DNA of 64,000 nt from Raillietiella orientalis (Eukaryota), in assembly GCA_036172245.1 (NCBI GenBank), contig JAYWIR010000004.1, forward strand, positions 3,596,001 through 3,660,000, written 5' to 3'. Shown one piece after another: positions 50,481 to 63,408 of the stretch. Below the pieces are notes generated by a model that worked only from the letters and a program-made list of their open reading frames with translations, did no database searches and was not told the origin of the DNA. Numbering within the stretch: position 1 is the stretch's first letter; every line of letters begins with the position of its first letter. The translations under genes and the position numbers were made by a program.

Positions 50481-53400
50481 CGCCGATCCCGCCAGCCCCT
50501 CGAAAAAGATTCGGTGTTGCACCCTCTTCCCTGTCCGGAAGCCTCTAGACGCTGGGTGCCTCCCTCGCACTGGTGCCAGAACCACTTTCCAAGCAGCAAA
50601 GGGATCACGTCAGCTCACCTGCGTGGGGTCACGAACCGAAACCAAGTCCACCTGCTCTTCTATAAAAAAAGAAAAGAAAGAAGGAAGGGGAGAGGGAGGG
50701 TAAAGCAGATTAGGGATGACGTCATCCTTCCGTCGAAAAATGACTTAGCGAGCTTTTCATAAAGCATCGAGCAGATCTGGCTGCGTGCGTTCGCTCCCGT
50801 TGGTGCTTCGGCGCTGTCAGAAAGGCAAATTGCAGGCCTTTGCGAACAGGCCACCGGGACTTCGTTCGAAGAGGAGCGAATCCGGAGCCTATGCTCTGTC
50901 TGACCGCGCCTTGTATCGACAGCCCGGGAGCCGGAAGAGGGCTGAGGGAGGAAAAAATGCCGGCCTTTGATTTTTCCACCGTTCGGTTCACTGAAGAAAC
51001 GGGAAGCGAAAACGGTCCTTTCCCTCTCCGGCTCATCCCGACGCGACCAGCTCGCTCTCAGATACGCTCTCTTGCAGAGGCCTGCAGCATGATGCAGGAC
51101 GGATTGCCGGGGCGATTTTTGATTGCTGTACCATTTCGTGATGGGGCAGCGTGCGAGAAAGATTGACTGTTCCCGCTGCAGTCTGCAGAGTAGTGTCCTG
51201 CCTCCATACGCGCAGAGGACACCGTGCTTCGGCGGCATCTTTTCTGCCGACACACCGTCTGCCGATTCCATTCCACATCTTTTCTGGCAGGTCCTTAAAG
51301 TTAGTAACAGCGAGTAATAGCCAACGAGTGAAGTCCCTTCAAAGCAGTGCACCTGCTTCCAGGAGAGGCGACTGCGCCCCCTATGCTTACGTTTGTCGGT
51401 ATGAACCACTTGGACGTGAACCTCCTTCTACGGGCTCAAGTTAGAGGATACGTCGGACCAAACTCTCCCTGCATTTTTTTAAAGAAATTCTTTTTCTCTG
51501 AAATGAAGTAGGAAGAGGAAGCATCTCTTTTCAGTCAGTTTCTCACTTTGCGGCCATGGAACTTTGATGATGGCAGCACGATAAACCTTCCTCAGCTGGT
51601 ACTTCGATATCTTCCTGTGTGAGTGTGTGTGTGTGGATCGAAACTTCATCCAGTAGCTTTATCGCGAAGAGTTCCTCTATCCTCGAACCGCGGCTTCCAG
51701 TTTGTACATTGTCGCTGACGTTTTGAAAACGAGGTCTCCCTGACTATCCATCGCTCTTGAGTGCGAAATTTGTGTTGCGATTCCACGAGGAGCCATTTCA
51801 TGCAGTTTTGCGGGTCATGTTCTCTAAGATCTCGTTTTCTTCTCATCTAGCATGTTTCATTGCTCGATGACATTTCGTATGACGTGAGAAATGACCTCAC
51901 CATTCGATCTGAGGTTTCGAATAGCAAATCACTCACTGTACAAACCGTCCTGCTTTCATCATGCGTGGATAAGAAAGGAAAATGAAGCCCGAGTCCTTGA
52001 ACATCCTCTAGGACAAAGAGAAGAGGAACCCTGTGGAGATCGAACCAGTTACTAGGGTTTCTTCTCATCTAAAGTTGTCGTTCCCTTGTTGGTTTCGCTT
52101 TGAGGATCGACGACTCTCAGCGTGAACCTTCCGTGAGTCGTGCTCCCACACCAGTGTTTCCTGGAGTCAAGTGACACTTCTATGATTTTACCCCAGGGGT
52201 CTGGAGTCTCTACTGGATCTGTAAGAATTCTCTTCGCAGTCTGGAAACTGGTACTTTCCGCATCGAAAAGTCTGTGCCAACTTCAGCAACTTCAAGAGCA
52301 CGCAGTATAGTTAGCAGTAATCCCGTGAAGAAAGGAAAATTTGTGCGCGGTTTTTCTCCGAGCCGAGGGATGGAGGGTATCGCTCCATTCGGAAGGCAGT
52401 CAATTATTTGTTCGTGCAACCGAACAATATATGAAAACATTTGTACTGCTATTGAGGGAAGGGGGGAGAGGGTTTTCATGGATGAGTAATTCTTGGGGTG
52501 TGTGGGGCCATTAAGATCATGCCATTGCTTTGTGTCTTCGGATATCGGAATCCACCTCCTACGCGTCGCGCGGAAAGTTCTGTCCGTGCGCGCAACTGAA
52601 TGACGGATAGATGGATCCCATGGGATGCTATTCTTCTAGTACCCAGGGAGCCGCGATGCGGTCTTCCTGAAGACTCGCGAATTCCAAACGATTCGCTGTG
52701 GTGGTGGTTTCCATGTATTCCACTGCTATGTCGTAGGTTCCCTAGCTGATCCACGAGTACCTTCGGCGAGAGTTCTCGGTGCATGTGAACATCTGAGAGG
52801 GGAATCTGGTGAGCATACGATGCAGAGAAAGAAGATCGCGTCTCCGGTTCCAGTATTTTGAAAGCGAGCGGGTGCGTGCTTCGTCTAATGGAGCGGCGTG
52901 CATCTGCTTGGAGTTCGTTCCTCTCTCTACCCACCAGCGAGCAAGCGTCTTCGAAACTCGGAACGCATCATCCATTCCACGGATTGTTTTTGTCGGAAAC
53001 GAACTGCAGGGCCGTTCGGCTCCGCGTGTTTGTGGTTCTCGCGGAGGGCCAAGTTGGCATCCGATGAGCAACAGCAGAGCGCACACGGATGCTTTCTCGT
53101 GATCATTCCGATCGAAAAGTCCGGCCAGCGTTATCCGACGCGCCTTTACGATAGTGCATGCGCATGCGTCGTCGAGAGTCCTGTTATCCTGTTACACGGA
53201 TAGTGTTCCCAAGACCACGCCGTCTGCATCGAGCTCGCTGGATTTTGTCCGGGCTTGCTTGCAGCCGCCCGCTTTCAAAGAGAACCTGAGTAAACCTGAA
53301 ATTTATTTGCTGCGGATGTCTTCCCGATCCATACAGCTCAGCCTATTCTCCCTTCGTCGCTATTACCCAAGGGATGTTTGCATGTTGGTATTTGATTCTT

Positions 53401-53949
53401 CTACTTTTTAAAGCTTCCTCTCTCTCTGACGGGCAGTTACTTTTCTTTTGTTCAGCCTGCCGTCACCATCGTAACCATGGTGGGCTACTGAGTTGATGTT
53501 CTTCCCCTTCCCTCCGATGTGTTGTGGTGCACACCTCTCCTTGCTCGCTGCTTTTCTTGATGAATCGACAAGAGTGTCCACCTGAATAAGTGAGGATGCA
53601 GTCAGCGGGACGTCGGAATCAAATCTTGCTTGCTTCGGATTCTTTTATTCTGACATTGGTTTCATCTCCGTTGGCCGAGTTACCGATCCCTCGTAGCTTT
53701 ATTGCGGTTTCCGACTTCGTTTCGTTAGAGATGCCTCCATGAACCGAAGAACCTTGGGTTGCCAAGGAAGTTTACAGCAAGCGAGACCATTGAGTGTTCT
53801 TGCCTACTGCACAGTGAGGGTGTTGGTAAAGTGTGTATGCAGGATGCAGGCGTCCAAATTACAAATTCAGCAAAATATGCAGAGGACAGGAACCGCAGAA
53901 GAATCGCTTGTTCAGTCGTGTGTGCTTTGCTGATTGAGACTCTTAGCCG

Positions 53950-54700
53950 GTGAATCTGACAGATGTTGGATTCTTTCTACAGTTCTGCGGGAAAAAAAGG
54001 AATAAGCACAAGTTTCATGGAAGTTCAAAAAAATCATCAAGTCTTTTCCTAAGGACTTTCTGCTCTTGTTTCTTGCATTCTTGAAGCGCCTCGTCACATC
54101 ATTTGGGGATGAGATGCTGTATTCCAAAATCGTTATGTTTTAAGTCTGCGGTTACACCACTGATGAGATGTAGATGTTACTTTACAGGCATTTGAAACAG
54201 ACCTCCCTTGCTGCCATAATGCGGTTAGTTTGCAGACAATGGTTGCAGAGGTGCAGTCAGTATAGAACAATCCCTATTTGCGTCTTCAGCATTCTGAACC
54301 GCATCTGTGAAGGAACATGGCAAATGCTTTCGCAACTCCCGATGTGGTTGCTAGTGGAAACTCCAGAATGATAGCCCGCAGTCCATGTGCACAGTCCTCT
54401 CAGGTGGAACTTGAGAAACTCTGCCTTCTTTGCCATTGCACGACCAGAATTTGCAAATCTGTGCATCTTGGAATTCGCAGATCTCTCGACTGTGCGGTGC
54501 TCGAAGAGCGCGATCCTAAGGAGGACCTGGAAAGTATCAAGTCTTGAATTCGCGGTCCATGATCCGTTTTTCCATCACTGCACCTTACAAAGCGTCTTAC
54601 ATCTTGTATTGGAGAGCAGATTCTTGGATCAGATTGCCTCTGTTTCATTTTCTACGAAAAGTTCGATGTCTCCCCCCTGGTTATTACATTCAATTAGTTT
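53950..54700 (-). mobile_element. Decayed CR1/L2-like RT remnant in intron 2
   Basis: SRSSLGS (~QGS.LGP), MHRFANSG (~LFADD), ILEYSISSP (~LEY.S.VW.P). Confidence 0.35.
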
Positions 54701-57700
54701 CCTCGTCCTTGTTTGCTATTCGTGATCGGTAAACTAAAAGGCAGTGACTAGCAATCTTTCGGGTCCATGAGTAATTTTTTGAAATTTTCGCAGAAATGAC
54801 AATTCTGTCGCTATGGGGCATCGTTGCAGAGTTTTTCGATTTGCTCACGTACCGACTCTCAATCCACAGACGTCATATTTCCGTTTTTTGTTGGTGCCTT
54901 TGATGATTCATGACTTGGATCACGCAATGAATCAGTCCTTACTTTGAAGAATCGGTGATGTTTCGTTACTGAACGAAACGATGATCGCAAAAGGCTTGAC
55001 CGGAGTATCGTTTCGGAAGCATTTTTGTTTCATTTTTTTTTTTACAAAAAGAAAAACAGTACACAGATTAGGTCTTTGAGCTTTTTTTCGTTTTTCGGAA
55101 GCAGCTGAAAGAACAAAGAGCTGCTTTGAGATAGTCAGCACAATGATTTTCTGGATCTTGACTCACACATCTGGATGATAATCTGCTTTCCACGTGCTCT
55201 GCCATGTTTCCATAGATTCAAGCCAAAAGCACGATGGAATAAATTAATTTTTCCGCTTTATTCCGTGGTGGTGATGGCGATCTCTAGCTGTCCTCACAGT
55301 TTTCCGGCGAGGTTTCCTGGGAGATAAAGTGCCAAGTTTCTGCACAGTTTGCTGAGTTTAACAAACCAAGCAGAAGGTGCGAATCACAAAGTGCTCAGCA
55401 TGATTTCAATGAGAATGTGACAGTGCTTCGGGGCAGACCATTCGTCTTATCTACCTGCAGTGTCATATCTCTTAAGCCTCAGCACTCTGAAAGTCATCCA
55501 AAGCCTGTAGTATATTTATGCTTACTGGTAATACGCATGAGCTGCTTTCCACGAAAGCAACATTGGTAATCCCGTATTCTTTGAAAGCTTTCATTGTCCT
55601 CTGAAATTTCCTGGAATTCTTTCGGCTCTCTCTTTGCTTTTTTTTTTTTTCCCCTCCTAACCTCGATTTTTTCGTTCGGAGATCAGTGCCAGCATGCTGA
55701 GCACGGGATGCTTCAAAGTATCGATGAATGGACGAATCAAGGTCATATCTTGGGAAATCAGCAATCCTTTCGATACCGTTTGGCTTTCTTTGAACTTTTC
55801 TCATGCAGACCAGGATGAGTACCATTACGTGCTGCTGTGTTTAAGACTCCGAGAGATGATTTGTTTCTTCTTCACTTCACTCTCTTCAACAGTTCATTAA
55901 AAACTTGGCTACAACTTCAGGAGCTCATCTCAGAAGCTTCAATCTGTCTTGTCAGTTCTCTCGATCTGGAACTTCCTGAAAGCCTTTCTCCCGAATATCG
56001 CTCTCAATATTCTGACTAGTCTGCCGTTCATCAACTCGGAGTCATTCTGCTTAAATGGTATCATTCTCGATTTACATTCTCCTCGATAGCAGCCGAAGGA
56101 AAATAAACATCTGAGTGTTTGCGAGACCGAGTAGGATGGTATTACGATGGCATCGCATGTAAACGTTGCGAGAGCGGTTAAAATAAATCCAAAACATAAA
56201 GAATCGGTGCGGTTCATTTTTTTCCTCTCGTCAAAAGATGGCGGAGCTTTCGATTATGCGAACGTACTCTTCTCTTGAAACTCTTTCATCCCTTGGAAGA
56301 ATTTGATTCCTCGGAATTCTTTGGACTTCTTTTTGGCACCACCGTGCCAGACTGCCCGACAAATCCGAGTTCTATTTTTTTTTCCACGAGCGCTTTTTCG
56401 TGGTTAAAAGTTGTGCAGAGGAAGCTTCTGCAGAAGGTGCAAGCCAAACGCGAAGTCCTCTGGGACTCCGCTCCAAACAAGGGATACTTAGTCGTGGCTT
56501 CTTGTAGGCTGCACGCACCCGACGGAATCGAACGAGGAGTTCAATGATCGTTTCTTCTAGCAATCAGCATCCGTAACTTGTGAAGCCTGCGTTGGAATGA
56601 GAACGCCAAGAATGCCTTGTGAAGTGATGCGGCATCGCGCACGAGGAGCCGTCTTCCGTCGTAGAAAGAAAGAAAGAAAGAAAGAAATCGCTAGCATCCT
56701 GAAGACAGAGAATCTGGATCATTGGAGACGTACCCGTGAAGATACTCGATGGCCGGAAAACAGGGACTACTCCGGTGTATGGGTGAAGCAATCGATAGCT
56801 TACTAGGGAATTCACGTGACGGTTTCGGACTTCGAGGCAGATGGAGAGAAGTTCATGTAAAGAACGCCAAAAAGAGCTGGCGGAGGATTTCGCGTCCATT
56901 GCACAGATTGTTGTTGGTTGTTCGTACCAGTTTGCTGGCTGGGCATCCGATTTTTCGGTATGTGTTTCTCAATCTGGAATGCGAGCACGACAAAACACGA
57001 AATCTTGAGTGTCGCTCCCTTGCTTTCCTCCCCTCTGTTTGCAATACGTGGTGGTGGTGGGAGGGGGGGAGGGGAAAAATGTATTCTTACGTCTCTTTTC
57101 GCTCTGCGTGATTCACAGTCCCTGCCAGATGTGGGCCAGAGCTGAAGAGCAAGAATTCGCGCATACGCACATCAGTCGCTCTGATGAATAAGCTCAAGCT
57201 TTCGTCCGTCAGAAGCCTTCCAGCCAAAGGAGAAGAGCGGACTGCGTGTTTCCCTAGGAACTTCGCTGTTTGCGTTCTTGCCTCCCCACCACCACCTTCC
57301 ATTTTTTGCACCCTTGGCATTGTGCTCGCATCCTGTTTGCACGTATTTTACTCGGATTTTATAGTTCTGCTTGTTTGTTCCTCCTCAGAGCCACACGTCT
57401 GTTATTTCTGATGCTGCCTTTCAATTTTTCGTTTTAAATGCCACTGTGAATTTTCATTTCGAGAATCAGGGATCACTAACCGCACGTTGCCTCCGAAAAA
57501 GGCGTAGATGAGCATGGAAATAAGGTTTCGGGAAGAGCTTCACTGAAGGTTCCCCTTGATTTATGAAGAAATGAATACTTCACAGAGAAAGACGGAAGGC
57601 GATCAAGACAGCGTTAGATACGGATGAGAAAACTTCAAAGACGAAATGAACGATTCCTTAAGTGAGAAGAGTAACCCGAAGACGAGCACAGAAAGACTGC

Positions 57701-57769
57701 TTGGAGCTGTGCACAGGATTTAAGACCTTACACTCATTTAGGAGCAGGAAAGGAAAGGAAAAACCATTC

Positions 57770-58620
57770 CTGAGGAATGGAAAACATGCCACTGGCATCC
57801 TTCAGGGCTGGTAAAGCGGCAAATGACCCAAGCTATCTGGAAACGAAAGGAAGGAAGCGAAGAATCAAAGAGGGGAAAAAGTACATCGTGTTGAAAGCAA
57901 GGATCAGTCTCGAAGCTTCGGGTGGTAAATTGTTTCGGAAAATATGGAGCGACAGTCCGTGCATGGGATCTCTCCAAGTCTCCCTGACGCTAGAGTTTTC
58001 GCGGGGGAGGCTCGCCCGTAAATCTCACGTCTCGTATAATCCGCGAGTTCTCAGTCCGAATCTTCAACATCGAAAAAATGCGCACCTGATGGAAAGGGTT
58101 TAAGGAGTGACGCAGAGAGAGCAAAGGGCCAACCGCTGGGGTTTCGCATAACACATTTACTCCGAAATCAACGAGGGACTGCGTTCGGGAAGTGGCACAG
58201 TTCGGACGGTCTGCCGTGGAAGTGCCAACAGATGAGCGTGCATCTTGCCAGTGGTGCGAAGGAAAAGTCGGATCCAGCGCCATCTCTCGAGCAAGAACAA
58301 ACGAAAGCGGGCTGCATCGACTAGAGAAACGAAAGCCCGGACCCGAAGGTTAAGAGGCAGCAGCATTGAGGAAGCGCAAAGCGAGAAATGGAGGGAACAC
58401 GAGACAACTTCTGGTGCACAGCGCACATTCTTTGCCGCTATCTATTTTGAAGTGACTTCTGCCATGAGGGTGGAGGAAAACCAAGACGGGAACTTTGTGC
58501 TCATCTTCTGAACTTCGATCGAGAATCTGTAATCGAAGAGTAGACTGCATTCGGTTTCAAGGATCATTTGTCCGTGAGCATCCCGGATGACTAAAACAAA
58601 AGAACTATCGACTAAATGAC
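57770..58620 (+). mobile_element. Decayed RTE-like RT remnant in intron 2
   Basis: ORF 57777-58103: FRAGKAANDPSYLE (~LK.GKAAG.D.I..E), KLFRKIWS (~LF..IW), SYNPRVLS..LMERV (~NYRPI.L.S...ERV); then EGLRSGSGT and FEVTSAMR. Confidence 0.55.
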
Positions 58621-60259
58621 TTCTGCATCTGTCCAATAAGTCAACTCTTTACGAGCACGATATTAGGGACTGCTCTAAAGCACTTTTTTTTTCCGATAGT
58701 CATTTTCATTGAGGTGATGCGAGGAGATCCTCGTTGTCTTAACTCTCTGTCACGGGAAAGCTGGCCGGAAGAAAAAATGTGCTAGTACTTATAAGTACTC
58801 TACCCAAGTTGTAGATCTGACCCATTTCTAAGTCCCTTCATTTTTCAAAAGATTGTTCTTGAGGAGTCTAGGGACCCAGCTATACTTTAAGTGGCCCGCA
58901 CTGAATCAAACTGAAGGTGAAGAGTAAACATGGTTGCCTCTTTCATATCTTAGGGTATCTGTGTTTTTGTTACGATCCCAAAGATTTTCCCTCCATGAAA
59001 TTCCACTACTCTGTTTGTGTGCAGGGTGTTACCCTGAGTGCTGTTTTGGAATCTGTTCTGAAGGAAGCTGGTGGCTTTTCTTCCTGACTTCGGGCATTGC
59101 ATTAGCTCTTTAAACAAAAATCACCTCCCGCAGAAGGGTTAAAAAAAAGAAATGATTCCATCCGTGGTTGTGAGCTGCATACTGAATCACAGATGTTCCT
59201 AGTGGGCCTCAGCTTCTGAGTGGACCTGTGCTTAGAGTGTGAACGAATGAATACACGAATGAGTGTGTGTGCATGCATCCGTGTTTCTGAGTTTGTTTGT
59301 AGTGTCTCACTGAGGAAGAGGAGTCGTTCCTTGACCTTGTTTTGTGAAGTTTGCATGAGTTGAAGTGTTGTCATAATGGACAACCATCTTCAGATCGTCA
59401 CAAGGAAATGGACCAAGTGTTTGCGAAAGAGTCGTGTGCTTTACGGATTCCTAGTGGTTTGATGATGGAGCAGTGGGTTCACCTCCTCTTCAGAATTTTC
59501 CGTGGTCAAGTAGTAGATTGTTCACTGTCTTGAATACCAGTTTCTGGAATAATATCTCTTAATTCTTTAATTTTCGGTAACATAAAAATCGTACATTGGC
59601 CTCTCGATCCACTATACTATACTTTGGCAACATCCCACGTGAAAACCTTTCTCAACCTGTTGGTTTCTCAACCTGTTCATCTGTTGGTTTTATTGTCATT
59701 ACTTATTTTAGGCGGGACAAGATTTTTATTTTAATTTTTTTTCAAGAGACGCAAGTGCTAATTTCTCTTTTGATCGAATTGTTGATTAAGAAGGGATGGT
59801 GATGCTGCATCGGCTAAAAGAAGAACCTTTTAAATTCGATGATGAAGAATCGGTTAATCCTGTGAAGAGAGGAAAATTCCACGGAGTTTTTTTTTTGTTT
59901 CCCTCATTCGAAGCTGTTAAAATATCTCAGAAAAAGAGATTGCATACTAGAAAGAAAGAAAAAAAAAAACAAAATCAAAGACCCTTGGGTCACAACAAAA
60001 GAACGCAGTTTCAAGCCGTCGGCTAATCAGCAATGCTAATGAGCGGCACAGCTACTCTGCTAATCAGAAACACATTCCGGTGAGCTATAGCTGGTGGGTA
60101 CCTATGCTTTCATGCCCATCTTCTCGAACCACGGACTACGCTAATTTCTGAAGAAATCTACAAAAATTGTAGATGTAAATGCTCTTGTGTTTAGGAAGCT
60201 CACGTCAATACTTTAGCAATTGCTATCTTTCTTAAACAAAAATGGCTTTTGTCTTTCAG

Positions 60260-60739
60260 CGTTTGCAAAATGGATCGAGGGATGCTCCGTTTGGTCTGCA
60301 CAGACAAAAAGTGCCTTGTAAGCCGAGAAGCAGCCGAAGAAATCAACGGACGAGATCTTACATGGAAAGCAGTCGTTTATCCTAATTTCATCAATTACTC
60401 TCTGAAGAGCGGCCTCAAAAAGTACACGGGAGTTCTGAAGTCCAAGCGAATGCATTTCCAGACCCGATTCCTCAACAACTTGAAGTATCCCCTACCCCCC
60501 CATTTCGATTCCCGAGTCATGTGGCCCCAAAAAATATCCCCCGTCGAGAACCAGAAGGGTTGTGGAAGTTCTTGGGCGTTCTCCACATCAGCAGTTCTAT
60601 CTGACAGACTGTCGATACAAGGATTACTGAATGATACGTTTCTTTCCAGCATCGATTTACTCACGTGCTTCAGGAAAGGTACTGTAATTTGCAAACCAAG
60701 CCAGATCGAGAAAGTGTGGATGGCCGTACGCAAAAAAGG
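60260..60739 (+). CDS. TINAGL1: TINAG-like protein, exon 3: end of the Cys-rich module, propeptide-like region and N-half of the inactive papain/cathepsin-B domain
   Basis: Acceptor gtctttcag|C, donor GG|GTGAG. Encodes VCTDKKCLV..EIN...WKA, LPPHFDSRVMWP and NQKGCGSSWAFSTSAVLSDRLSI; the catalytic Cys is replaced by Ser, as in the TINAG family. Confidence 0.95.
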
Positions 60740-60787
60740 GTGAGAGCACGCTCCCTCTTGCTTGATCCAACATCTCATTTTGTACAG

Positions 60788-60957
60788 TGTGAGGACATCA
60801 GTTTCCAATACATATGGCAACCATAGCTGTTTACACAGAAAATGTGACAGGAACTGCCAAATGGTGAAGAAATATCTGAATAAGAACTGGCTCTATAGAA
60901 TTGGACCTGATGAACGTCAGATTCGAAGAGAAATCTTGCAAAGAGGCCCTGTGCAAG
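60788..60957 (+). CDS. TINAGL1: TINAG-like protein, exon 4
   Basis: Follows a 48-nt GT-AG intron in matching phase 2. Encodes ..YRIGPDERQIRREILQRGPVQ (cathepsin-B-like I..EI...GPVQ); donor G|GTAATG, phase 1. Confidence 0.92.
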
Positions 60958-62589
60958 GTAATGAGGGCAGATGCTTCTCTTCTCTTTCTTTTGACCTGTT
61001 AACGTGAACCTAATCAGCAGTTTGTAATTGAAAGAGTTTCCAATCGGCATTTCTGGAGGGAAGCGGTGCATGTCTGGGGTGGCATTCATCCTGTTTTATA
61101 ACTGAATTCGTACGATAAAGGTGTGCGAGAAAAAAAAAAAAGTTTTAAAATTCCATTGCAAGTCATAACGGGCGGTATGGATCAAGATGCTGTGAAGAAT
61201 TATGCTTCATACTTTCTTAATTGTAACCGTTCCGCAGAAGTTTTCTCTTTATGAATTATGACAGAATACACACATTTGAACATTTGATGCGGACAGGTTA
61301 GGGTGTCAGCTTGAATTTGGAATGATTTCATCGAGATGTAAGTGAATTGTGAAACCTTCTTTTAAGACAAAGCAAGGGAAAAAAAATACGAGATGGATCA
61401 TGTAAAGAATTAGTATCAGAAAGAAAGAAAAAGCTTTTTTTTCCACTTTGAGGGAATGTAGATATCACAGTAGCACGCTTTGCATCCAGATTCTTGGCCG
61501 TTTGTGCAATTTTTATATTCACGTATTCGGATGCTAAGGAATAAGAAGAATAAGAACGTGGTTTCTAAGAAAGGCAATCAGCGATTACTCAAGTCGGAAA
61601 TCCTGAATGTGTAGTTTTAATCCTTTCGTGATGGAGATGAATAAAAACTAAAACCATTGTGCCAGAAGGAACCATGGTTCGTGGTCCTTCGGCTGAATAA
61701 ACTTTGGTGGTTTCAGAGCTAATGCTTTTTTTGCTTTTTCTGACTTTTCCACCAGGCCATCCAAACGGTCTGTAACTCATACTTGCGCGTCCCTCTTCAT
61801 ATAGCTTCCTCGGTCAAAGGGCAAGCCCTTTCTTCAAGATTTTTGTTAAAATACGATGGTTCGGAAAACGGCATGCCCAATCCTTTCATCTTAGTGACGG
61901 GGATGAAACAAAATGTAATGATTTTGGTGATTTGATGTCATCAGCTGTCCACCTGGGATCTCACGTGATTTACATACACAGAAAATTATGGGTTTACTCA
62001 CAGCAATTATACTGAACCTCCAAGAAAATCTATAGCATTCCATTAAATCGAACTTTCGTGCTGAAACAGCCACAAACGAGACAAGGAAATCACTTTCAAA
62101 GTTTGGTCCCCAATCTAACGCATAATTCTTTCGCCCTTTACTAAAGAATTCCGTGGATGGGGACGTGTAAATGAGTCTTTAGACGAATTTTCAGAAGACG
62201 TTCATGCATTCCATCAGAAACCGAAAGCTTCCCCCTCTTCCTTGATGCTTCTTGCGCAGAGGGTCCTGTGGTGGTACATTTCCACGGATACCGTAGTGCA
62301 GTATTACTTACCTCTTCTTAGCATTGATCGTAAATAAATCATGTCGGAAATTCTCAAAACACGATTTCACACGTTGCAAGCTTGAAATGCTAGGGCCAGT
62401 ATGGTCTTTGCTTCCATTAATTGAGTCAGGGAACCTTAGATGTCAAATTACTGGAATCAATATTTACGTAGACTGCACGAGAGAATATTTATGTATTCCT
62501 CCTTATTTGCCTACCTTCCGCTAAATCTTTCTTCTTTGCTTTCGACAGTTTTTTCGCGTTGTTGTTGTTGTTGTTTCGTGCCTTGCCGA

Positions 62590-63130
62590 CTGTCTCAGAA
62601 TACATACAGTTTTGTGGTACACAACACAAGTTCCGTGTTTAAGTCCACATTGTGACCATCTTTCCATTTGTTTTCTTCCATTGTTCCGTTTCTTTCGTTA
62701 AAGTCACGAGTCCTGCTTCTGCAGATGAAACAGCCAGTTTGGCGAGATATACTCGGAAACGATTCTTCCCTGATACTCTGGGTTTTGCAGCTTGCTGCGG
62801 TGTTTAAATTATCCATCGCAGGTCTTTTTGATCTGCCACTAGTTCAGTCGCTAATCTTCTGTTTGGTGAACACATGTGAACATTATGAAACTTATGAAAC
62901 AAGATCCACCAAGCTCATCACGCATGTTCGTTTCTCGCCAGTCGTCTGCTTTGTTTTCTAATTTTTTCCATAAAGTAAGAGACAAAGATTGTGGAAGCAA
63001 GTAGATGACTACCATAAACAATAAAGTTACCGAGACGAACATCTGTACTATGCGCAGTTAACCCAGATGGTGGTCGATGTCTCAGAATGCCTTGAGTTCA
63101 TCACATTTTAGTAAATTTTATTGCAGCAAT
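62590..63130 (-). mobile_element. Possible piggyBac-like transposase C-terminal remnant
   Basis: Cys-rich tail-like RQTGCFICRS and RWSQCGLKHGTCVVYHKTVC. Weak. Confidence 0.25.
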
Positions 63131-63330
63131 CGGATAGAATGCACACATCCTTTCAATTCAGTGTCTAATCCTATTTTGGTTGCCTCTGATATATTCTTTT
63201 CACACACATTCAGAGCGCTCCAAGAGGGAAGGGAGTTCCCTTGGATGAGTTTAGCCGAACGATTATCACTGCAACATTCATGGGTACTCGGACAATTTTT
63301 TGAATGATTTTTTTTTTCATTTTTACACAG

Positions 63331-63408
63331 ATGTCATTGCAACTAGTTTCTCTGACTTTCTGAAGTTTCGAGGTTTTATTAATCCAAAAACTGATTCTTC
63401 AAAAGCAG
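63331..63408 (+). CDS. TINAGL1: Probable TINAG-like exon 5 (DVIATSFSDFLKFRGFINPKTDSSKA); gene continues beyond the window
   Basis: Long polypyrimidine acceptor ttttacacag, donor CAG|GTGAAT, phase 1-1, open frame. SDFLKFRG loosely resembles the expected SDFF.YKSG motif that follows GPVQ. Confidence 0.45.

Noticed and set aside
47367..51409. Several 230-360-aa ORFs as nested intronic genes
   Set aside because: Compositional ORFs in GC-rich TE debris; the only recognisable motifs are RT remnants.
59024..59112. Cys-rich segment after tgtgtgcag (GCYPECCFGICSEG) as a TINAG-like exon
   Set aside because: Runs into a stop without a suitable donor, and exon 2 already joins exon 3 in frame.
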